This document shows positions 25,201 through 37,200 of a DNA stretch of 64,000 bases, piece by piece (within the stretch, counting starts at the first letter, position 1; each line of letters starts with the position of its first letter). The DNA is from Antedon mediterranea. Its lineage: Eukaryota; Animalia; Echinodermata. The stretch lies in NCBI RefSeq assembly GCF_964355755.1, contig NC_092672.1, positions 12,586,001-12,650,000 of the forward strand, read 5' to 3'. The notes below the pieces were generated by a model. The model was not told the origin of the DNA. It ran no database searches and saw nothing but the letters and a program-made list of their open reading frames with translations. The position numbers and the translations under genes are program-made.

Positions 25201-28200
25201 TTGCACCCATCCTTTTCCCCATCCCTCAACCCTAATGTTACATACAAAACACAAATCAAGTTTGTTTAAATTTGACTTAAACAATTGGTCTCATTTTGTG
25301 ACAAGTTTCTCTTTCGGAAGTAATTCCCATGGTGCTAATTTTAGTTGAGTACATAAATTACAGTGTCTATTTATTCGTTCCTGTAGGCTGTAAACGACAT
25401 GTATTATTGTCCTGCGGTACGTACATTTGAAATCGCCAGTTTTTTAACGCTGAAATTATTATGTATTCGAGAACCATCTGTGGGCACGACCTAGATGGTA
25501 CGCGAGCGAAGCGAGCGTACCATCTAGTGTAGGTAATTTATGTAATTACAGACCAAAATGCATTTAAGTATTTAATAAAAATATTATTTCCAATGTACCT
25601 TACCGGTACGTTTTTACCCTTATCATGAAACTAATTAATCTCTATACACAAATTGGCCAAATCAGGCAATTTTGTTGAAAGAAGAAGAAAGAGAGAGTTT
25701 CTCTCTTTTGTGGGGACAGCCCACTTTGAACGAACAGGTAATGGGTCATTTGGTATGGTTGACTTCTTCTTTTCAAACTTACCGTTGATATCTTCCTTCT
25801 TCCACTTTTCACAGTCTTTTCCAATTGCTTGAAACACTGTCGTTGTAATAACAATACCATCAGTAGATGGTTCGTTGGATTTAAATCTATAATAATGAAT
25901 AATAATGAACTCCAAAAGGTCAGATTTAAAGAAAGTAGAATGTATCCAATAGTTCATCTTAAAATATTAATATATTTAAAATAAAAACACAAATAAATAT
26001 AAATATTTTCTGATAAGAAATGTTATGCCATGACTATTATAGAGAACATGAATACACGATTTGAAATAAATTAGCACTTTATCTATTGTAATGGTAAAAA
26101 CACCATTCAACTTGTATTATAAATGCTGTATATTGATGAAGATGATGTATATTTTATTTTATAAAATAACTTTGTTCTTTTGTTACCTTTGTCCAAGCAT
26201 GGCCTTTACACAACTAGTTTTTCCAGCACCTTCTTTCCCGAGAAACATACATCTTGAATTTACAACTGCAATCTCGCCATTTTCAAGTTCATTTTGAAAT
26301 GATCTAATTGCGCTCTCACCTCTAGCTAATATTTCAACTGGAACTAAATTGCAATTAAAATAATTGCAAAATATACAAAAACAAATACAAATATTTTGAA
26401 TCAATTCAAAGCCATAGTTTTAAAAATGTCATTATGCTCTCATCTTCGTCACATTCGTACAGTTCAAAAGTTCAGTACAATGTTAAATATGTGTCATTAG
26501 TAATACACAGTTTAATATTCATGAGCAAAACTCAATCAAAGTGTATTAATAAAAACTTACTGTCAAGTAACTCCAATATCTTATTTTTCTTTTCTTTGGA
26601 GATATCACTATTATCCTTCAAAAGAGATGCTGGTGTTTTTCCTCGCTATACAAAAAATTGTATTAAAGTATTATCCACTGTTACTTTACTAATCTATATA
26701 TACATTTACGTAAGGGAAAAAATCGGTAAATCGCCTCTTACTTCTAGAATTTTTACTCGATGGTATATAAAGTTGGTTCGTACTTTCGGTACTGATTTTA
26801 ACCACCTATGTAACTCTGTTTACTAATTAAATTGAGTTAGATAATTATTTATTGACGATTAAAGCGAATTTACGATTTGCCCCGAATAGAGGTGTTTTTC
26901 ACAAATTGTTTTACATTATATAAACACTATACAAATAAACTTTATTACCGACAGTTGCTTCTCAATGTTTGTATTAATTAATAATGTAATTACAAAAAAA
27001 ATATAAACGTCGTAGTGGTGTATCATTACATGTACTGTACTTTAATCGACTATGACGGTGACAGTTTCAACAAAGTATTAAATCGCAATGTTTTAATGTA
27101 TTTAGTGGTATATTATTTCTAAAACATGAAAACAGTTAATATTTTGTTACTAAATGAATAAAGAATATATTAACAAATTGTTCCTCTTTGCACTCATCTT
27201 CTTTTCCATCCCTCAACCTTAATGTTACATACAAAACACAAATTAAGTTTGTTTAAATTTGACTCAAACAATTGGTCTCATTTTGTTTCTCTTTTGGAAG
27301 TAATTCACAGGGTGCTAATTTTAGTTGAGTACATAAATCACCGTTTTTATTTATTCGTTATTGTAAATGACATTTATTGTCCTGTGGTACGTACATTTGA
27401 AATAGCCAGTTTTTTAACGCTGAAATTACTATGTATTCGAGAAGCATCTGTGGACGACCTAGATGCGAGCGAAGCGAGTAAACTAGTAATTTACATAATC
27501 CGGATTGTAATAAACACATGCATTTAAGCTAATAGTGTGCACACGTTAATATGACACAATCTGAGTACCTTTGCACTAACAAACAACAATATTAACTGCT
27601 GTGATTGAATACACTTAGTCTTAGTCTTTAAAAATCTCTCAAAACCCACATTTTGAATTTTTAATTTTCTAAATTGTTCTGTCTATGTAAAGCTCATTAA
27701 GGCTTTCGGCATAATGCGCTGTACCAAGTACCAGTTATTATTATTAAAAATGCTATTGAAAAAAATATTATAAAAGAATAATCGATACTGTATTAAATGT
27801 ACATGTTAATTATCGCATCTATGATAATTTACCACCACTAGCAGTAACTCGTGCTCCGCATGGTCTTTGTCGGCTTTAGTATATGATTATATACTAATTC
27901 GCATGGGATGAGTAAGTATCATATAAGCGCACTCTTCCCTCATAAAACGCCATGGATTTTGTTATACACCAAGTATTCCTTCACTTTTAAGTAACTATGA
28001 GCTACAAAATAAAAGCAATACTGGATATGGGACTTTACGAAAATGGAAAAATTGTGCTGTGTGAATAAGATGATGCGCGCAATAACATAACGAAAGTATA
28101 AAACGGCGAACTATATTATTTTGGGTGTTTTTCGTGGTGTATTAATTATTATTTTGATACATTGAAATAAAAAGTGAACAAAAATCGAACGGAATAGAAA

Positions 28201-31200
28201 GTGCAGGAGATTAAAACATTTTTGAATAAATAAGTATTGGAATAAATCAACACAAAAAATAGTCGAAATTTGACGATGCGTTCGGACACAAACTATTACT
28301 TTTTGGGTGTATTTTTTTTGAGACGTCAAATTACTGCTATTGTTTGCCTTTTTTAGTGTTTATCCTTAAAATTCAGGAAAGTGACATAGCCTATCGTGTG
28401 CGGCCCATCAATAAACATCAGTGTGCCAAATGTGAGCACGTACCGTTCGGTGGCTTTGGAAGAGATACATAAAATTAAAAAAAATTTAGTAGCATTGATA
28501 TTTATTTGCTAACATAATGTCTTCAAACAATTGGCGCCCTTTCTGATATTGTTTGGCTCCATCAAGATAATGATTACTGTGTATTAGTTAACACAAGATT
28601 TGTAATATTTTAAGTTGATAGATACTCCTAATCAAAATAAGAGTATACCATGGATATAGGCGTAATGGTTTGCTTAATAAGCACAATTTAAAAATGCAAA
28701 TGCAATGTTGCTGCATTAATTGACGGTACCTTGTTTCTTGCTTTAAGTGATGCTCCGTGGGCTATGAGACTGTTCACTGTTTCTATATTACCATTACTGC
28801 CAAACCTAACGTGTACATGTAGCGGTGTGTTTCCAAACTGAAAAGCAAAAAGTTTTATGTAGGCCTATAATAATATACATTTTACACTTTAGATACTAGA
28901 ACTAAAGTTTAAACAAATTTAATATTGTATTCGTATCCTACAATTATAACAAGCAATTAACTACTACATCTAATGTATTGTATATTTTGCTTCTCGTGGG
29001 CTACTCGTCTTTCAGTAGGTAACTTTGATGATCATCCCTGCCAAATCGCCAGGACTTGTCTGGCGGGTGTAGGCGATTATACAAGTACAATTATTTAAAC
29101 TCTAGAGGCAACTGGAAATGCGTCTGGCAGGTGGACAGCCGGGAATGACAGCCGGGGTGTGAAGCATATGTTTATCGATTATAGAATGAAAGTTAGATGA
29201 TAAATCTGAATTGGGGTAAAAAATTGACTTCAGTAATGTAAACGGAGTCCCATCCTTTTATTACGTTTCATGAAATCATACACATAAGCGCCATTATTGG
29301 TTCGGCATCATAGTCCGCAAGGTCTATGGTCAAAAAATTGTTAAGTAAATGGAGTATTTTGTTATTTGTCTACGATAGACCACAGTATATTATACAACTA
29401 GTTGATTTAATTGGGACGTGGAGAGGTGTTAGTAATGAACATAATTTTAAAAGTATTGGTATTAACGTCTTGTTAAATGCGACAGCTATATGATGTTTAA
29501 AATACTTTAAACTTATATTTACTTTGATAAATAAATATGACTTTTCACAATTAAAATAAATTAAACAACTCCAAGGTTTGTTTATACGGGAGCTTATTTA
29601 GATTAACTTATATTGCTGACTAATACAAATAATAACGTAAATGATTTTTTAATTATTTTAAAAGAGTAATTTACATTGTTTGTTATATAGATACAGACGG
29701 GTTAGCACTGAACACATTTTAAAGTATTAATTTAGCGTCTTGTTCAATCTAAAACGCTACAGGTATACGATTTTTAATATCTATATATAAATTTACGTAA
29801 GGGCAAAATTCGGTAAATCGCGCCTTACTTCTAGAATTTTCACTCGATGGTATGTAAAGTTGGTTCGTACTTTCGGTACCGATTTTAACCGCCTGATGTA
29901 ACCCTGTTTACTAATTAAATTGAGTTAGATAATTAGTTATTGACGATTAAAACGAATTTAGGTTCAAAGATTTGCCCCAAATAGGGGTGTTTTCCGATCG
30001 TGGTATACACTGTCTAATGGATGTCCATCTTGAAAAATACCCGCCAAAAAAATGCGAGGAGGCTTCGCATTTTTCTATCTCCTCCTACGATAATTGTTTT
30101 TAATAGCTGAAAACCGGTTGAACAGCTAGAGTACACCATCATAATGTTGAAGACAGGCCGATTTTCTTTAAAAAATACTATTTTGATAGATTTAATATAC
30201 GATTATACAAATGTATTGATTTGCGATGAATGGAACATCCCAATCTCTCAGTCTGCCAGAGTTCGGTTTAACACAAGTACTGCAGGTAAATTTATGAGCC
30301 CTTGGTTTAACACATACGGTAGGTAAATATATGGGCCCTTTGAGAATAAACTTGCAATACTTTGACAATACTGTAAATACCTATTAACTATTTTTCATTT
30401 GAATCGAACATTTCTTACTGTGAATGTTCGTACTGTTAGATGTAATATAAAAATATATACAAATAAACTTTATTACTGAGACTGTGGATAGGCTCTACTG
30501 TTAGATATACAAATAAACTTTATACTGACAGTTCCTTCTCAACGTTTGTATTAATTAATAATTACCAAAAATATAAACGTCGTAGTGGTGTATCGTGACA
30601 TGTACTTTAATATTTCAATCGATTATGACAGTGACAGTTTTAACAAAGTATTAAATCGCAAATGTTTTAGGCCTACTGTATTTAGAGGTATATTATTTAT
30701 AGGCCTATAAAACATGAACAAAATATTTCGTTACTCAGTGGATAAAGAATATATTTAAAAATTGTTCCTCTTTGTACCTATCCGCTTTCCCATCCCTCAA
30801 CCCTAATGTTACATAGCGAGGAGGCTTCGCATTTTCCTATCTCCTCCTACGATAATTGTTTTTAATAGCTGAAAACCGGTTGAACAGCTAGAGTACACCA
30901 TCATAATGTTGAAGACAGGCCGATTTTCTTTAAAAAATACTATTTTGATAGATTGCTAGAGTACACCATCATAATGTTGAAGACAGGCCGATTTTCTTTA
31001 AAAAATACTATTTTGATAGATTTAATATACGATTATACAAATGTATTGATTTGCGATGAATGGAACATCCAGTTTGGTTTAACACAAGTACTGTAGGTAA
31101 ATTTATGAGCCCTTGGTTTAACACATACGGTAGGTAAATATATGGGCCCTTTGAGAATAAACTTGCAATAGGTTCGGAAAATGTTAAAAACCAATTTCTA

Positions 31201-34200
31201 TTATTTGAATCGGTAAACAGTTTCCATTTATTATACATTGATAATGAAACATGAAATATTCCTATTTATGTCCCTCGAGGTTCATTACAATTTATATTTA
31301 GTAGTCCCACGGACTTCATCTTAGCCACTCCCCCGAGTGCTAAGGCCAAATTTATGATACCTTACTTTCTATGTAAGTTTAGTTACAGTTAGTTCTTGAC
31401 GATAATACAACGAATTTAGGTTACACCCTTCGGCCGCGAAAACGTTTCTGTACAAATATGATACCGATTGGCTTTATTTCATTCAACAGCGACCATAATC
31501 TCGCCAATTACAGGATAGATAAACTATTTTATTATTGATGTGCTTATAAATTAAGACTCATGTAACCAGCTTGATTACATCATTTTACAGACAAACGAAA
31601 CTTTTTTAAACCTACTGTTTCAATAACTGAGTATAATACTGTATACGTTTTCATAAGTAAGTGCATATACATTTTCGTGTTTTCATTGACGAGATTGTAA
31701 TAGTAACTTCAGTAACTATTACAGTACTTATTTATTATACGACACAAGACAATTGTATCTGACAGGTACGTACATTATTCTAAAAAATAAGTCTAGATAG
31801 ATCCCTTGGGCGTCATAAATCACAGGCCAACAAATCAGTACTCATGACAGAAATTCGACCCAGTTTGGTTCACACAAATGTTTACAGGAAGTTCAACACC
31901 ACAACCGATGATTTGCCCTAAATATTTAGGTAGACTACAGTTTAATTTTTCACTGAATAGGAGCTTGAATTTCCGATTTCCATTTCGCAGAATGTCTAGG
32001 TCTATTTATTTAGTTTGGTTCTTATAATATAAATACAATCAACTTTATTACTGCGGTTCCATCACCACCACCACGTGCCGCCGCCCAATTCCCGTACATA
32101 CATTTCCATTTCTCCCTAATTTCTTTAATCCACATAAATTAATTGTCCTTTATGGAATCCAGTATTGGTTTTGTTGTCTCTATTTCTGAATACCCCAATT
32201 AGGGGGACACTTCCGTTTTTGTTTAGTGTCCCAAAAAAGTCCCCGTCCGTGGATTCTACTGTATTCGAGAACCATCTGTGAGCACCCCTAGATGGTACGC
32301 GAGCGAAGCGAGCGTGCCATCTAGTATTTTAAATTATACTTAATTTGCTTTGATAATAACTATAGGCTACACATGTTCACAATGAAAAGCACATTAAATC
32401 TATGGGATTTGCTTATAACGGGACATAATTTAAATTAACTTTGTAAAAAAGAGTTTTTTGTGTAAAAGAGTAATTTACATTGTCTGTTGCTGTGACTGAT
32501 GCTCCGTGAGCTATGATACTGTTCAATATCTCTACATTACTATCGGCAAACGAAACGTGTTTATGTAGCGGTGTCCTTCCATACTGATGGAAAGAAGAAA
32601 ATTAGATTACAGTATTAAACTTGAGACATTTTTTAAGAATATATGTATTATTATATTATAATATTTATCCATTTCTACATTCATTTTCTAATTAATTAAG
32701 AGTGAATGTGAATTATATAGAAAAACCTATTATTAAGAAAATAACAAAACTTGTTGATTTTAATTATTATTATAATACAGATGGGCTAGTAATGAACACA
32801 TTTTAAAAGTATTAATTTAGGCTCTTGTTCAATCTAAAACGCTACAGCTACACAAGTTTTAATATATTTTAAATTGTATTTTTGCTTTGATAATAACTAT
32901 ACATTTTTCAAATGAAAAACACATTAAACGAATCTAGAGTTTGTTTATAACGGGAGATAATTTAAATTAACTTGTAGTGTTAACTATATACAAATAATTA
33001 CGTTATTGATTTTTAAATCATTGTAAAAGAGTAATTTACTTTGTCTGTTGCTGTGATTGATGCTCCGTGAGCTATAAGACTGTTCACTATCTCTACATTA
33101 CCCCCGCCAGACCTAACGTGTTCATGTAGCGGTGTGTTTCCATACTGGAAAGAAGAAAGTTAGTATTATTATATTTCATATTTTTCTTTTCTACATTCAT
33201 TTTCTAATTCATTAAGAAGGAATGTAAATTATATAGAAATACCTGGTATTAAGAAAAAATGACTAACTGATTTCAATTAAGACATTCAGAGGATTTAGCA
33301 ATGAACATCATTTTGAAAGTATTGATGTTAGCGTCTTATTTAATCTCAAATTCCATCTTCCTTTTTATAGTTATAATATTCCTAGTCTTAGTTTAGTCAC
33401 AATGTGTCTATGTTTTTAATTTTAATTAAGTATTCTTCTGAAAAGAAGAAAGTTAGATTAAACTTGGCGCATTTTTTAAAGAATACAGGTATTATTATAT
33501 TACATATTTATCCTTTTCTATAATCATTTTGTAATTTATTAAGAGTGAATGTAAATTATATAGAAAAATCTAGTATTAAGAAAATAATAAAACTTGTTTA
33601 AAAAGTATTGATTTAGCGTCTTTTTCGATCTAAAACCCTACAGCTACACGATTTTCAATATATTTTAAATTGTATTTTTGCTTTGATAATAACTAAACAT
33701 TTTTCCAATGAAAAACACAATAAACGAATCTATGGTTTGCTTATAACGGGAGATAATGTAAATTCACTTGTAGTGTTAACTAATACGAATAATTACGTTA
33801 ATGATTTTTAAATCATTGTATAAGAGTAATTTACATTGTTTGTTGCTGTGATTGATGCTCCATGAGCTATAAGACTGTTCACAATCTCTACATTACCCTG
33901 GCCAGACCAAACGTGTCTATGTAGCGGTGTGTTTCCATTCTGGAAAGAAGAAAGTTAGTATTATTATATTTCATATTTATCCTTTTCTACATTAATTTTC
34001 TAATTCATTAAGAGGGAATGTAAATTATATAGAAATACCTGGTATTAAGAAAATAATGACTAACTGATTTCAATTAAGACATGCAGAGGATTTAGCAATG
34101 AACATCATTTTGAATGTATTGATGTTAGCGTCTTGTTTAATCTAAAATTCGACAGCTGTGTACATGATATTTAAATATCGTAAATTATATAGTGATCGTT

Positions 34201-37200
34201 AATAACTTTAAATAATATAATTTATTAAATTAATAAACATATTCCTACGTCTAGACATCTCGTTTAGATTCAAGTAAACTTAATGAATACTGAATTTGGA
34301 GATCTGTATGTATTTACCAAACCGCCTTCAAAACATAATTGCAAATTCCAACAATACACACTACGGTGAATTCAATAAATATTTTGTTATATTATTAATC
34401 TACTATCCATCCCACCTTCATCCTACAATTAAAAAAAATATTACGTAATTCGTTTCTCCCATTTGCTATGAGGCTTTTGAATGCAAGCTGTGGATGCTTG
34501 CCAACGTCGCACAACATGCTCGTTTAACTAACAAATAAACAAGTAGCAAAATCTGTCTCTTGGAAGAGAGATGAGGATCTCAAAATCACGATAAATGCGT
34601 TAAAATTGAATCAAACAACAATAATAACAAACTACTATTTAACAACAACAATGTATCTCGTCTCTTTCCCTCTCAACCTTGCCGTTAAATAATTATAGAG
34701 GGGGTAGTTTCAATTAACTTTGGCAGACGGCAAACATACAATGTATAGAGTGCGTTTAAATATGTTCTGAGCTTAGTAAAGAGATCAGTATTTGTAGTAG
34801 ACATAAGGACAATATATTTTAATTTAGATGGATTATTTGTGTAATAGGATCGAAAACATATACTTAGTTCTACTATCTGAATAAACTAAAAGGAATTCAT
34901 CTTCAATTGATTGTAGAGAGCAAAATTTGCATAGTCTATCATTTCTATTAGGCCTAATACGATTCAATCTTCATTTTTCTTGTTATAATATTCCTAGTCT
35001 TAGTTTAGTCACAATGTGTCTATGTTTTTAATTTTCATTAAGTATTCTTCCATAATTCCAACATAATTTACATTGAATGCGTGTGAAATATTGGAGCTTA
35101 TAAGAGTGTAACCAATTATCTCATAGAATTGTGTCGTTCAATAAGCCTCGCCTTTGTTTAAATTTTGAAATAAAAAATATTGTTGACATGTTGAGCATGC
35201 CATGTTGCCAAATCCATTTATACATAATAAGTTTTCCATCATTGACCTAAATCGCTCATTTTGTTGCGTTTTTCTATGTTGAAAATCATAACATTGTTTA
35301 AGGAATTTTTCATAATCTATTTGGCTTACTCTCAGCCACTAACGAATTCAATTAATGATACTTGGAGTTTGGATAGGAAATCCTCGACATTCTCCTTTCA
35401 GTACATCACTTGGTGCAGAATTTTCTATTCCTAAAAGACATTTTTATTTTAAAATCAAAATATAATCCAAGTGGTATGAAGAAATTGTTCATCTACTGGA
35501 AAACTACAAGTCAGTCGATGCTACAAACCACATTATATCTCAGATGCTAGTGAAGTAGTATGTGGTCAATGCACGTATTTAAGATTGATGACTCATGATA
35601 ATATTCTATTTCTCTACTATTAGCTAACGCCAAAGTTACCCCAGCTAAAAAAAACAAGGTATCAAGTGTATGTAGCTAACCGGGTACAACAAATCAACGA
35701 TGCAACTTCCATAGAAAACATCTTCTAATCCGAGTGATATAGTCAGTAGAGCCGTGCGTGCTAACAGTAAGCAATTGATTTCAGATACCGGATGGGTGAG
35801 TTGTTCTACACTTCTTCACCAGGTAGTTCTTAACAAACAAAGGCGGTTGGCCGAAATCGATGACGAATCGCGTATAAGGTTGTTGCTTCAGAACTAAAAT
35901 ATATTCGCTCATTCCACACTAATGCTGACAAAGTTGTTTCAGAATGGGTTTATAACAGACAGATAAAATGAACTATAAATCACATTAAATGTATTGAATG
36001 TTCATTCCCCTAAAGGAGCCAACACGTTGTAAGGCATATTTTTTAGATATGCCTATCAATGGTAAACTTAACAGTGATATAAGACAACAAAACACATGCA
36101 ATAATTTAATATGAAAAGATTGGTGTGGTGATATTGCAAGGAGCCATGTAAATGGCAGTATATATTATATAATTCGCTGTCAGATGATACTTCACACTTG
36201 AATGAAGTATCTAGGCATGATGAAGTGACCCACAGACTTGACCTTAGAAATAAGATAAACTAAAGTGACTGATATGAAACACAGACTCTGTAACAAAAAA
36301 ATAATATTTGTATTTGTAAAAAAAGAAAAGAAACGTTTAATTATAACTCAAAAACCATTGTCTGACAGACAATTTAAGTATTTTTTGCTTTAAATTACAT
36401 TTTTTTCAGGTAAGATAACTATTATGTGACAATAAAATGACACAATCAAACACAAATTTGAAATAAAAAATATTTTTCAGAGGGACAATATATCTTTAAA
36501 ACTGTTACGTCAATAAGCGAGCAGCGTTTTTTTTAAGAAATTTTTCTTGTAGATATGCCTATCAATGAAAAGCTTAACAGTGATCTAAGACAACAAAACA
36601 CATACAATAATTTAATATGAAAAGATTTGTGTAACTTTTGCAAGGAGCCATGTAACGGCAGTATGTGTAACTGAGTTAATGATTATGTAATTTTTGTTGA
36701 AGATAAAAACCATGTTAGCCTGCGTATATTAGATATCTCACTAGCTAGTGTAGTTAGTTGAGACGATTCTATCGTTAGATGTATTGCGATTTCTAAATGT
36801 TATGTCATACTATTATACAATAAATTATCTCCATTGTGGCATGATTACACGCACGCATTCTGTCTTTCTATTACGTTTTATCTCAACTCAAAGAAGTGGC
36901 AAGTGAGGCCGTAGTTATAGTATAGAGTAGATTGTTTGTTTGTTATTGGTTCTTAGTAAATGTTGTCATACATTATATAAACGTTTTCGTGTTTTTCACC
37001 CTTGAGTTTACCGTAAATATGGTGATGATTTATATCATATTCAAATTCAAATAAATATAATTTCTATACCTCATCTACGGAGTTCACAAGATGTGGATAT
37101 GTTTTACATATTTTTTCAATTTCTTTCAATTCTCCATATTTTACAGTTGTTAGGAATACGTTTCTGAAAAAAAAAAGAAGATAAAAAATAATCATGGCTA

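Noticed and set aside
24789-25259. 156-aa minus-strand ORF as a ROCO exon or separate gene
   Set aside because: Its core is the C-terminus of an L2-like LINE nested in a Helitron.
25631-25782. ORF continuation past the switch-I exon
   Set aside because: A perfect G|gtaagt donor at 25782 gives the phase needed for the next exon; the extension is probably intron.
32479-33939. CRISPR-like or satellite array
   Set aside because: The repeats are spliceosomal exon-intron cassettes encoding ankyrin repeats in eukaryotic DNA.
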